The position numbers and the translations under genes are program-made. A DNA stretch of 64,000 bases from Octopus sinensis (lineage: Eukaryota). The notes beneath the pieces were generated by a model. That model was given only the letters and a program-made list of their open reading frames with translations, searched no databases and was not told the DNA's origin. The stretch is taken from positions 71,796,001 through 71,860,000 of the forward strand of contig NC_043009.1 of assembly GCF_006345805.1 (NCBI RefSeq), given 5' to 3'. Below, piece by piece: positions 26,581 through 39,483 of the stretch (position 1 is its first letter; each line of letters starts with the position of its first letter).

Positions 26581-27551
26581 TAAAGCTTTCCTACCTCTGC
26601 ATACGAAGACTGAATCTTGAGGACTCTGTTGAAAGGAACCTCTATGGTTTAATGGAGAGAAATTAGGGAAAGCAAACCTGTTGGTCATCCACTGCATCCG
26701 TCCCCATCCCTGGTCATTTTCACTGAGTCATGCCACTGGACCATCTTCAGCCCAGTGGCATGAGAGAGTGAGCTTCGCAGTGCACAATGATGATTCTTCA
26801 CTTCAAACCAGGTCACTACACAAGTCATCTCTCTTCCTTAAGGAAGATTAGATGGTCTTCATTGCTCCGATGCGGGAACAGGCTTGTCTCTCTTTTATCT
26901 CTGTAACTACTTCTACAATTACTATCACACCTTTATAAGCTGATAACCAAAGCTGTTAGCATACCCCTACAGCCCCTGTTGCACGTTTGCAAGTCGTGGG
27001 ATGGCCATCCAGCTGTGGGAAACCATGTCAAAACAGACAGTAGAGCTTGATGTAGTCCTGTGCTTTGTCAGCACCTGTCAAACAGTCCAACCCATGCCAG
27101 CATGGGAAAACGGATGTTAAATGATGATGACGATGGTAATGATGATGATGATGATGATGAACTCAGTGCATGGAGTACAGCAATATTCTCCATACACATA
27201 TGCAAGCACACACACGCACACACACACACACACACGTGCAAGTGACGATGATTTATAATGAAAAGGAAGAAAGTTTGAAGAATGATTTCTTCAGATCTTA
27301 CCCAGCAGGAAAACCTTGATGAAACATTTTTTTTACCCCTATGAACTGAGGATGTGTGATCTGCGTTTCAGATGCATCAGCAGAAAGTTTGACGTGGCAG
27401 GAGAGAGAATAACCATTTGGTTGGAATGGAAATGCAAGGATTCTTTGGAGTTTACTAAACCTGACTGGGTGAATGGCCTTCAGGCAAAAAACCCATACAC
27501 ATATATTTTCGTATGTGTATATGTATAAGCAAGCATGCATATATGTATGTA

Positions 27552-27556
<5 letters not shown>

Positions 27557-27637
<81 letters not shown>
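27557..27637. repeat. Pure (AT)n run (~80 bp)
   Basis: Direct reading. Confidence 0.97.
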
Positions 27638-27639
<2 letters not shown>

Positions 27640-27836
27640 TGCGGGTGGCACGTAAAAAGCACCCACTACACTCATGGAGTGGTTGGCGTTAGGAAGGGCA
27701 TCCAGCCGTAGAAACACTGCCAGATTTGACTGGGCCTGATGAAGCCTTCTGGCTTCACAGACCCCAGTAGAACCGTCCAACCCATGCTAGCATGGAAAAC
27801 GGACGCTAAATGATGATGATGATGATGATGATGATA
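27640..27836 (+). mobile_element. RTE LINE 3' end fragment (young)
   Basis: ggtggcacgtaaaaagcacccact...ggaaaacggacgctaaatgatgat. Confidence 0.9.
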
Positions 27837-29426
27837 TATACACATATATATATATATATATACACATATATATGTGTGTGTGTGTGTATGTATGTATATA
27901 TATATATGTGTGTGTGTGTGTATGTATGTATGTATACATGCATTTATGTATGTATGTATGTATGTATGTATGTATATATTCATGTATATATGATGTATAT
28001 ATGTATGTGTGTGTATATATGCATGGAAGGCATGTACAAATATGTCTAATATTTACATGTCCAGAAAATTCACCGTAGACATTTTTGTTGTGGGAAAATT
28101 CGTCATACAAAAGCAGGGTGCAAACTAATAACTCATTTTGAAGAAATTACCTTTCTTTAATCAGAAAGTTGATGAAGATGCCATTTTAGGAAAACCATTA
28201 ATCAATTTTTATTTTTCCAACTTATTTTTATTGCTGTGAATTCTCCTAAAAATGTTTATGGCACAATTTCCAATAACAATATATTTAATTTCGTTTTCGG
28301 ATTTGGTTTGCAAGATTCTTTATGTGAATTCAAGTGTTGAAGCATATTTTGTTGCCTTATTAACACAGTCCCCAGTTCAAAAAAATAAAAGTAAATGAAT
28401 GGAAATTGAACTGGTGAGTGTGTTAATTATTAAGGCATTAAAACAGAATGGTTCTTCCCAGACACAACAAAATATATTTAATGATGTGAAAATATAAGCT
28501 GTGAATGAATCACAGAATGTGCTGTAGGTGAAGAGTGAAGGTTGTCTGACTGGTTTTGTCCTTCTTAAGCCTCATCAGGGATCACTTAACTTGTTCTATC
28601 AACTACCAAAGTTAATTAGGATATGCTTTGGTGCCACTGAAACAATGTTTTCAGTGAAGAACCACTTCTGTATGGAATGCAGATTACCATATTCAACATA
28701 GCCGAGGCACAGAGTCCCCATGGCCAAGCTCTTCCTCCTCCAAAAATTTTAAATCTCATTTTGATTAGGGGCTAGTGAACCACTTCCACTTGGAATGTAA
28801 CACTGGCCCATGACTGAGGTCAGCACGACAACAACTCAATATACAAATTATTACTATTTCTAACAAAAATTGATTAATTTAAAGGTACAAGTTAAATGGA
28901 AACGATTAATGGTGGAGAGCAGAGATTTATTAACAAAAAAACTCAGGTAATCATCATTTTAATGCCCATTTCTCCATGTTTGCATCAATTGGAAGAAGTT
29001 TATTGAGGTAGGTTTTTCTACAGCTGGATGTCCTTCCCGTTGCCAACCTCCATTTGCTTCCAAACCAGGTAATGTGTTCCCGTGATCAGACATCTACTCA
29101 AAGAATATTGGAAAGGAATGATATTGCTTGTATGACAGCGATCACCATCATACAATATCAAGGCAAGAAGTACCAGACATACACACTGTCACACACACAC
29201 ACACACACACACACTTATGTGTATACATGATGGGCTTCTTTCAGTTTCCATCTACCAAATCCATGCACAGAGCTTTGGTTGACCTGGGGCTAAAGTAGAA
29301 GACTCACACCAAAGAGGCCATGCAGCAGAACTAAATCCAGAAGCAGATGATTGGGATGCAAGAAGATCCTAGACGATGTGTTAAGCAACAAATATTTAGT
29401 CTTAAATACATGGAAGCATGTGTGTG

Positions 29427-29457
<31 letters not shown>

Positions 29458-29768
29458 CAGACAGAGAGAGACAGAGAGAGAGAGACAGAGAGAGAGAGGG
29501 AGAGTATGAACAATGCAAGCCAAGTATTTGTGTTATTTTTGAAAAGCCTTATTTGAAATTTCTTTGGTTAAAAGTTGGGTTCACTGCATTTAATAGAGAA
29601 AAGAATATGGCAAAGGAAGCAACAGTAGATGTGTGTAGGGACAAACAGACACCTGATCCATCATCAGCTTATCACTGATTCTGACAGATAACAGATGTGT
29701 ACACCAGATGACCTACCTTGCCAGGGCTGAGATGTCTACACCTGGTGGCCTCTATATGTTTGTGTGAG

Positions 29769-29815
<47 letters not shown>

Positions 29816-30317
29816 CTAATTCAATGCATTGGTAGAGTGTTATATATATATCCCTGCAAATCCTGTAGATTTGTAATGTGTGAGTGTGTGTGTGTGCGTG
29901 TGTGCATGTGTATATGTGCATGCATACATGTCAGGCCCATTCATATCAAAGCCAATTCAGCAGGGTTCCCGATGTACAGTCAAAAAAAAGGGACCAGTTC
30001 TATTCTGAACAAGATTTCTGGGTGGGGCTGGTGGGTGGAGTGATGGAACGGAACTTTACTCTAAGATAATGAAATAATTATTGAATATACAATGCAACCA
30101 CAAGAAAGTAGATGGAGCTGGGTCAGAATCAGATAAATATCCCCTGGGCCCCCCACTAAGTTCATAAATAAACTGCAAGATGGTTCTTTAACCAGCTAGA
30201 AATAATAACCAAATCTTCCTCAAATAATACCCAGGCACTTTAAAAAAACATAAAATCCAAGCGTTATGTGGGGGCTAAAATGTGACCTTTTGGTTAAGAT
30301 ATTGGGCAATTAATCGT

Positions 30318-30636
30318 TACTGTTCTATAGTTTAGAGATGAGGAATTCTGTACATTATTTACAATGGATGGACAGATGTCCTCATCTTGTTTGTTGTTAC
30401 CATATATAGTAATGTAGTGTAGTGGATAAAAGCGTGGACTACTAACCCTTGGATTCTGTGTTCAATCCCAAGCAGGGACTTGGGAAATAATATCAACAGA
30501 AAAAATTACATCAGCAGAAAAGAATACCTTAGGAATGAGAACAGAGTACCCCATTAGTCAAATAAAGGGTTGGGTTTGAAATTCCACCAGAACACCTGAT
30601 GAAGGCTGGAGAGTGCACCAGCCAAAATGTTGTGTA
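30318..30636 (+). mobile_element. Penelope-derived Pol III-box/hammerhead cassette, decayed copy
   Basis: Inverted tail at the left end, degenerate A/B boxes, HHR 30591-30635 with CTGATGA intact but GAAA>AAAA. Confidence 0.75.
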
Positions 30637-31052
30637 AATGATCTAATTAATCATTAGTTAATGATTGATTGAAATCATATCTGAAAGCTAAGTTTATTGC
30701 ATGAATTTCATAAATTTGTATGAAATACCAAATAAATAATATTCTCTCATTGAAACGTATGTAACATTGATTTCACTTTTCTTCTCTTCAATTAAAATTA
30801 TTGTTCTTTACTGTGTGAGGATCATAATGATTATAACGACATATCTATTTGTTATAAAAATGTTGACTGGTGAGGTGTTCCCTTAATAACTGACCAAAGT
30901 CTCACCCAAACATTCTTTGGCTAATTAAAAGGTGTAGCGTTTATACCACACTTCAAACACTATGCTTGCCAGATTCCTAGATGAAGTGTTGCAGAGGTAA
31001 CTGCCTGGATTTTACATATGATTTCAATTGTGTGTGTGTGTGTGCGTGCGTG

Positions 31053-31245
31053 CTTCATCATCATCATCTAATGTTTGTTTTCCATGCTGGCATGGGTCGG
31101 ATGGTTTCACAAGAGCTGGTAGGGCAATGGGGATGCACAAGGTTCCATAGTTTTGTTTTGGCAGGGTTTCTCTGGCTGGATGCCCTTCCTAAGGCCAACC
31201 ACTTTACAGGGTGGGCAGGGTGCTTTTTATGTGGCACCACCACCA
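31053..31245 (-). mobile_element. RTE LINE 3' end fragment
   Basis: (TCA)n...ttccatgctggcatgggtcgg...gctggatgcccttcctaa...ggtgctttttatgtggcacc. Confidence 0.85.
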
Positions 31246-31505
31246 ATGCTTAGAACTATTTCAGTTTCTGTCAACTGAATCTATTCACCAGGCCTTGGTT
31301 GGCTTGGGTCTACAGTAGAAAAGGGCACTTTTGCAAAGTGTCACACAGTGGGACTGAACACAAGAGCACACGGTTGGGAAGCAAGCTTCCTAACCACTCA
31401 CCCATGTCTACCCCTAAGATATATATTTCAATATTTTATAATAAAGAGATTGATTAAATCTTTTTTTTTCCTGCACTCGGATAGACATATTTACACACGC
31501 GCGCG

Positions 31506-31536
<31 letters not shown>

Positions 31537-31856
31537 GCACGCGCACACACACACACACACACACTCGCACATACACACACACACACATGCATAAATATGT
31601 GTGTGAGCACTGAATAATCATTTAGCTTGAATCTGGAAGTGAAAGCATCTTGTGAGTTCCCTGGGTACTTTGTGTTTATCTACGTATAACTAACACTCAC
31701 GTCCTAGAGTCTGGCCTGTATAAGATTAACGAGAGAGGCAGTCCTTCTCTTACTACAACCCTTAGCGGTGAGGGGAGGAGAAAGGGGAGGAGCAGAATCT
31801 AGTTTGAAGTTCAGGCTGTTGGTGGAAGTGGTTTTTCTGTCTGCCACTCTGTTTAT

Positions 31857-31895
<39 letters not shown>

Positions 31896-32387
31896 ACTGA
31901 ACTTAGTGTCACAGTCTGTCTCTAATCAGTGATATTTTACTTGGGTTTCGATGCCAGTTTTTAGTGCCTTCACATAAGGGTGGGGGATGGGGAGGTGTGT
32001 GTTTGTGTGTGTAATAAACAGTTTTTTTCTTTTAGTGCATGATCCAATTATTTTTTAACTTTCTATTAAAATATAAAATTTACTTGTTCCAATTCCAGAC
32101 AAGACATTCCTTGAAGCTTGGAAAAAATTTCAATCCAAATATTCTTAAGTCTATTCTAAGATTAAATTTTATAACAAATTTTGGTAAATAAATTGATTTC
32201 TGGCATTGAAACACAATAAAAAAAACCCCACAAATTTGTAGAGATGAAAATATTAGACTCGACACCAGTGTATAGCTGGTATGTATTTTATAAAAAATGT
32301 AAAGATGGCAAATAACTGGAGTTCATTTCAGTTTGGCTCTTGGATATTCTACTGTTGTAATTGCAATATAATATGATCAGAATTAAT

Positions 32388-35187
32388 TCAATTCAATTTT
32401 TATTGGCTCAAAAAGCAAAAGCAAGGCCATGTAGGGGGACAGGGAGTTATGTACAGGGAGGGTGGTCATACAAAGAGTTCAGGCCATTTCTGGTCAAGAG
32501 AGACTTTGAACCGAGCGGTCGTCGGCATCTTCACTATCTCGTCCGGCAGCTTATTCCACGGATCCGCAACCCGGACGGAGAAAGCTCCTCTCCATCGATT
32601 GAGATAAAATTGTCGTAGATAGAGCTTTTCGGAGTGACCACGCAGCCCACGCTCTGGAGCAGGAGTGAAGAACAGCTCTTTCCAGAGGTTACACTTTCCG
32701 CTTATGATGTTGTGATCGAGAATGAGATCACCACGGCGTCGTCGTTTTTCGAGAGAATAAAGGTCGAGCGTCTTCAGCCTTTCTTCATAAGACTTGCTTG
32801 AGACCAAGAACCATGTGGGTAGCCAGCTTCTGGACTCTTTCGAGATGCTGTTTGTCTTTGAGGAGATAAGGAGAAGAGGCTTGAATCCTGTATTCTAATA
32901 TGGGTCTCACCAGCGTGACATAGAGCGGTAGAAATATGGTTGCCGTGAGCATTCCAAATGACCGTCGAATCAAAAACAGAACTACGTGTGCTTTGTTGGC
33001 AGCATGGACGCATTGGGCCGAAGGTGAAAAGGAAGAATCCACCAAGATACCCAGGTCCTTTACTTGGTCACGTTCAGACACAGGTCCCATTCATTAGACC
33101 ATCTCCAAACTTGGTGGAGGCATCGACGAAGGTCATCTATATCACTGCGAGGAGCGACCAGTTTGACATCCTCGGCAAATAGAAGGGTGTGTTGCATGAG
33201 GTCGTCGGGCAAGTCATTGATGAAGACTAAAAACAATAACGGCCCAAGCACTGAACCTTGAGGTACTCCACTGGTCTCGCACTGGAGACGTCGGACAGCG
33301 AACCATTAACTTGGACTTGGAAGGAGCGATCTGAGAGGAAGGCACCAATCCATCGTACAATATCCGGATGGAAACGAAATGCTTGAAGCTTGACAAGTAA
33401 TAGGCGGTGGTTAACCGAGTCAAAAACTTTGGCAAAGTTCAATAAAACGATGTCAACAGCATCACCATCATTCGGGATACACGTCACCTATTCTTCCATT
33501 ACCAGTAAGTTGGTCAAGCATGATCTCTTCGGCACAAAGCCGTGTTGGGAATCAGAGATAGAGGCTGTGTTTTGGAGGTGGAGCAACATACTTTTCTTAA
33601 GGATGGTTTCGAACATCTTGCTGATTATTGAAGTAAGGGGTCTTCGCGGCTCTCTTTCTTGAAAATCGGGCAGATTATCACTGTTCTCCAGTCTGCAGGT
33701 ATAACACCCGTCGCCAATGACATATTGAATAGAAGTGTTAAAGGTTCGCAGATGACCGGAGCCAACGCTTTGATAACCTGTGGGTGTATGCCGTCAGGGC
33801 CGTGACCCTTATTGACATCGAGGCCTTGAATAACGCATTCGACTTCATCACGAGTGATGACCAATCGAAGCATTGGAGGTACCGATCTATCAAATGGAGG
33901 AGGTTCACGACCATCATCTTCTTTGAAAATTGTCAAAAAAGTCTCGGCAAATAACTGACTCTGCTGATAAGGGTCCTCAATCGATACGCCTGTTGAGTCT
34001 ACCAACGTTGCAATTTGGTTGTTCAAGTGGGAATTCCGTTGGACATGGGCAAAGAAGGTTTTTGGATTGCTACTGGCGTTTGCCGCGATTCTGTATTCAT
34101 ATCTGAAGCGTTCTTCCTTTTCAATTTTCACGGCTCGGTCTCATTGAGTTTTGTACACCTCAAAAGCTGCAGTCAAATCTTGATTTTTGAATTCAGCCCA
34201 AGCAATATCTCTGAGTCGAAGTTCTCGTTTAACCTTCTTCGTCACCCAGGGCTTGTGTTTCTTCTTCTTGGGAAGCCCAACGGGAACCGCTTGGTCAGTC
34301 AACCAAATTACATATGCTTTGAGGGACGACCATAGTTCGTCAACTGAGGACATCGTCATCAGGGATCGCCAGTCCAGAAGCGCAGAAGCCTCAGTTAGAA
34401 TTTCAAGATTGATTGCAGAGAAGACTCTATGTGGCAGCGAAGTAGTCGTGGGCGTAGAAAAAGTTGTGTGCATGACGAACTTCAGGACCGCATGATCACT
34501 CTTGGCAAGAGGGGCGCACACAGATACGTCTGACACTGATCTTGGATAGCAGGAGAATACCAGATCCAGCATAGATGACTGCTGCCCAGACCGATGCCTT
34601 GTTGGATATTCAACATGTTGCGATAGAAAACAATCTTCAGCCACGTCAAGGATGGAGGCCAGTCGATCGTGGGAGCGTTGAAGTCTCCAAATATCAAACA
34701 TTCATGAGAAGATGAAACGAAGATGAAACGAATCTTATCACTTCGAGTAAATGAGCATCGTCCTGGGGGTCGGCAAGAGACGGCCTGTAGACAGCTAACA
34801 CGGGCAGGCAAAACCCAGATAGGCTCAGCTTGCAATAGACGGCATCGAATTTTGTTGTGGGTTGAGCATTAGTGGGTAGAATACCGCTGGATGGTTTGAG
34901 ATCAGATTTGACATACACAGCAACACCTCCACCTCGCCTTTTTTCTCTGTCACATCTGAAGAGGGCGTCGCCCTGTCGGTGGATTTCCGAGTCCTTTACT
35001 GCTGGAGTCAGCCAAGTCTCGGTGATAGCTTTCACATCTGGGGAATCAAGCATGGCCAGTGTAAATAGTTCGCTGAACTTTGGAAATAAGGAGCACGAGT
35101 TGATATAGACGATGCTGAGCTGTGAAGTTTGAGGGCAGGAATTAGGGAACAAGCAGAATAAGGGGTCTCAGAGATAGCTTCGTTGTC
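32388..35187 (-). mobile_element. CR1-clade LINE ORF2 (APE + RT), disrupted, 5'-truncated
   Basis: AITETWL, RCDR..RRGGGVAVYVK, SDH, QHGF, LNFAKVFDSV, QGSVLGPLLF, FAEDVKL; several frameshifts; candidate TSD GAATTAAT at 32380-32387 and 35188-35195. Confidence 0.92.
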
Positions 35188-36035
35188 GAATTAATATGGT
35201 TGTTTAGCCCCGGGACATCCCTGATTGAGCAGACCTTAATGTTGGATGGTAAAAACCATATCTGCTTTGTAGAGTGTCATGATCCCAGATGTATATTCTT
35301 TCTACATCTCTCCCCCTCTCTCTCTCTTTCTACATCTCTCCCCCTCTCTCTCTCTTTCTCTCTCTTTGAGACAGTTGCCATTTTTCACTTCCCATGTTTC
35401 CTTCATGCTCTTCAAAGTGTGATGCTAAAGAAACGAAACATGACCAAGTTCCACTTATTAAAAGGTGTTGCAGAGAGAATCATTATTGCTGGAAGAAACA
35501 AGAGAGTGACTGTAAGTGGGGTGTGTGTGTGTGTGGGGGGGGGGAAGCTTCCTCTCGCAGGTGAATCAAGATTAAACATTCCTAAACCATTTGGTTTAGA
35601 TTTAATCCTAAGTTAACCAAGAAAGTTTGCTAGATTTTCATGCCTGTCCCTAAAGACTAGGATTCCAGGATGATGCCCTACAACATCGATTCTTGTTGTC
35701 AACAAGGCTTGCTTCAGATCCTCTCATTGGTTATTCAGAGTTTCTTTGGAAGCAGTAAATACTTTCCTATAAGTTACAAACAGGGAGAGGTGATATAGGA
35801 ACAGAAAAAGTGGGGAAGGATTATCGGTTAATCCCTGACCACAAATGAATGGAAAATAGCTTCAAACCAAAGGAACAAATATTTTTTTGCATCTTATGCA
35901 AATGTTTCAAATTGTCCAAATGAAAGAACTGTGGGTAATGCCCTTCCCTCTCAAACTTGATTGTAAAAGTAAAAAAGTTACGAACCTAACAAAACCTCAA
36001 AGAATATTAATCTTCTTTTGTTTTTCTCATTTCAG

Positions 36036-36209
36036 GACACCATGAGGCCAACACATATTTCAAATGAAACTTTTGGGGGTTTCTTACCTGTCGGTATTTA
36101 TGGTTGGAGGAAACGCTGTTTATATGCATTCATTCTGTTACTCATGATCCTTGTCATTATGAACTTGGCCCTTACCGTATGGATTCTTCGAGTCCTAGAT
36201 TTTTCTATA
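36036..36209 (+). CDS. SGCD/SGCZ-like: Exon of a gamma/delta/zeta-sarcoglycan gene (cytoplasmic N-terminus + transmembrane helix)
   Basis: [40 protein letters not shown] matches the sarcoglycan signature; pyrimidine tract + ttcag acceptor (36035), ATG at 36042, phase-0 GTGAGT donor at 36210. Confidence 0.93.
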
Positions 36210-36844
36210 GTGAGTACCAATTTTGTCTCCTTTACCATTCTCTTTTATCTTTTTTAAAATTTTGTACACATTTTTCCACATAGACAATAAATGAACAAGC
36301 AAGGTTCACTAATTATGGTACCAAAGCATCATTTTAAGATTGTGGATCCAATTACTGGAACAGAAATGTATTGTGTTCTTGCACATGGGGCTTTCATTTC
36401 CTGTTACTCAGGTGCATTCAACCAAATCTCAGTAGCAACAGTTTAGCTTTGCAATGAACTCATCCAGGTGGAAGTCTTGCACCCTCATTGACTTAATGTT
36501 TCATTAACCATGGCAAGAACTCTAATTTGATGGAATGAGATCTTAACTCACTCAGGATTGTCCCAAGATATCAGGATGGGATTTGAGGATAATTTAGCTA
36601 CTTTAATGAACAAGGCAAACAGCTCTGTTTAGTGGTTTAAGGAACTGACAACGGTAAACACTAACAAAATGAGAAAATTGATTATATGGTCAGAAGTTAA
36701 TATCACACCTAAATACAAAGACACAGTTTTTATCGTGAAGATCATTCTACAAGGAATTGGCAAGAAATACCATTAGGTTGCAGCGGTGAGATCAATTCTT
36801 CCCCTGAGATTAAAGTAAAATCCTATTGTTATTGTTCTTGTTGT

Positions 36845-37160
36845 TGTCATCGTCGTCGTCGTCGTCGTCATCATCATCATCATCATCAACCGTCCAACCC
36901 ATGCTAGCATGGAGAACGGACGTTAAACGATGATGATGATGATGATGATGATTATCAAACTGGGCCTGGTGCAGCCTTCTGGCTTCCCAGACCCCAGTTG
37001 AACCGTCCAACCCATGCTAGCATGGAAAGCGGATGCTAAACAATGATGATGATGATGATGATGATTATTATTATTATTACACCAATGATATTTTTTAAAA
37101 ATCCCATGCAACCATGGAAATAGGATGTTAAACAATGATGATGAGGATGATGATGAGGAT
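36845..37160 (+). mobile_element. Three stacked RTE 3' tails within (TCA)/(GAT) microsatellites
   Basis: cccatgc..gcatgga...gttaaac(g/a)atgatgat repeated at ~36897, ~37010 and ~37103. Confidence 0.8.
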
Positions 37161-37607
37161 GATGATGAAGTTAGTTTAATGCCAGGGAAACTAAGAGTAA
37201 ACATCACTCTTATGGAGTTTTGGGATTTGAAAATCATTAATTCTTAAATTCGTTGCTGTGAATTGAACCAAACCTCTGGAAATTGATGAAATATTTTTAA
37301 TCCCTGCCCTAATAATTATGTTGTGTATTTGTGTGGTTAAATGGTTAATAAACTTGCTTCCAAACATTGAAGTGTTGCATTCAGTCCCACAATGCAACGT
37401 CTTCAAGAAGTGTTGACTAAAGCCTAATGACTAATGTTAATTAGAAAGAAAAATACATAAAGCTTGCTCACGAAATGAACTTTATTCATTGTTCAACCAG
37501 TCTCATCAAACTACGATACACATCTGGCAGGGGATTATGTTAAGTGGACATTTAGGGAACATTCAACTATTTGACTGTAAAGGACTAGGGAAGTAGTTAT
37601 TATTGCT

Positions 37608-37812
37608 TTCAAATTCTAGCACAAGGCCAGCAATTATGGACAAAGTGGGTAAGTCAATTGCATTGCTCCCCAGTGTGCAACTGGTACTCATTTTATCAAT
37701 CCTGAAAGGATAAAAGGCAAAGTTGACTTTTGGCAGAATTTGAACTCAGAATGTAAAGACAGATGAAATGCCACTAAGCACACTTTGCCGAACCTGCAAA
37801 CGATTCTGCCAA
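37608..37812 (-). mobile_element. tRNA-headed SINE family C
   Basis: caaggccagcaatt...actggtactcatttt...gaatttgaactcagaatgtaaag...cgattctgcc. Confidence 0.85.
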
Positions 37813-39483
37813 CTTTAGAGTTGTTACACTGACTGAACAAATGGGACACAGATTGCCAAGAGTATTCAGAAGAGCCGCCAGAACCACACTGAAATGGACA
37901 TTGCTGTAACTAGTGAGGACTTCTGACCTCGTTAGATATGAGTCTCTCAGTCAGACTCCTTACTGAGTGAGCGAGTCCGACTCTCTGCAACATGGCTTAC
38001 AGTCGACTGCTTATAGCTGAATTCATGTCTAATGAATATGATACTGCGTAAATAGTGTATATATTTCTGAGATATTCTATGTTCATGTATATATACATAC
38101 TTGTAATTAGAGAGAGAGAGGGGGGGGAGTTACTTCAGGCATGTATCCCCAAATGGGTTCAGACTTTGACTCCTACTGTTATATCACTGCCTCCTCCTCC
38201 TCCCCCTCTCCCTCCTGTGTTTATAAAAGTGACAGTTAACTGTATATTATGTGAGTGTCACTGCTGACAGATATTATATATAAGTTTATGTTGTTAGACA
38301 GCAATTGTTGCTGTGGTGGTGGTGGTGGTGGTTGTTGTTGTTGTTAGTTTTGAACTGTAGGCAATTATTTGCCTTCCCCACTTATTTCCCCCCCTACAAT
38401 AATAACAAATAACATTTGCATTAATCATTATTGTCCATGACAGCAGTGACAATAACATAAATCCCTTCCAAAATACCAGAGACACTCCATTCACAGGCTC
38501 CTGTAAGGAATACAGGGAGCTTAACCCTTCTTCTCAAAGACAAAGAATGAGGAGAAGAGTGACTAAACCAACTAAAAGGCCTTCTCTCCTGCCCCAATGT
38601 CTCTTGTCTCAGAAGACAAACATGGCAGTAGTGGAGGTATCGTTACAATGTATTTAGGGATAAAATATTGTGAAAGCTGAGGCAAAGGGCAGGGGTATTG
38701 CCACTGACCTTTCTGGGCCCTTCCTTAATCGCAATATGACATACTCTAGATGCCGATAGCATCCTTTGCTCCACCTTCTGAATTTGGGTTACACTGTTTC
38801 AGAAATTTAGAATTAATCCCATATTTATTACCCCAGATAGACAAAGTGTTAGGAGACATTGCTCTAAATACCCGACTCATCCTTACTGAAGACTCATCCA
38901 TACTGACTCTGAAGACTGATTATTTCAAGTTAGATGAGTCTTTGTTACAATATATTGCTACTCCTTCCAGTCCAGCATCATCTGCCAACAAACACAACAA
39001 CTCTCTGAACTTCTTCCATTCTTATTCTACCTCCAAGACTTTCATTATCTTCTATTAAGCTAACAAGACCTCCTTGATAAATAAAACAAAGCGTTTTGTT
39101 TGGATAGCTTGATCTGTTCTCCCTTCGTTTCTCTTCTCTAAACATGGCGACTACATGCATTGCATTTTTAAAGTTTATTTTCCTTCAGAGCCATCTTCGA
39201 TGTTTATCCCATTCTCCTCCGAAAATATGCCCCCTCGTTTCCTACCGTATTTTTTTCATTATTTATCTATTTTCTTTCTCTACCGTATTTTTTTATTATT
39301 TATCTATTTCACTCATCTCTCTCTCTCTGGCTTTCATTCAGTTTTTATCTAATTAATTATTTCTCCCCCTCAAATATAGTATTCAAACTAGTTGCTTCGA
39401 TTTTGTCGCCCACCCTCCCACCCCCACCACCAACACCGGAAGTTTCTACCCAAATACCGGAAACTGCCCCCCCACCAGCACCT

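Noticed and set aside
35474-35511. 38-nt upstream micro-exon (gcag...GTAAGT)
   Set aside because: Weak pyrimidine tract; such motifs are expected by chance at this scale; no homology support.
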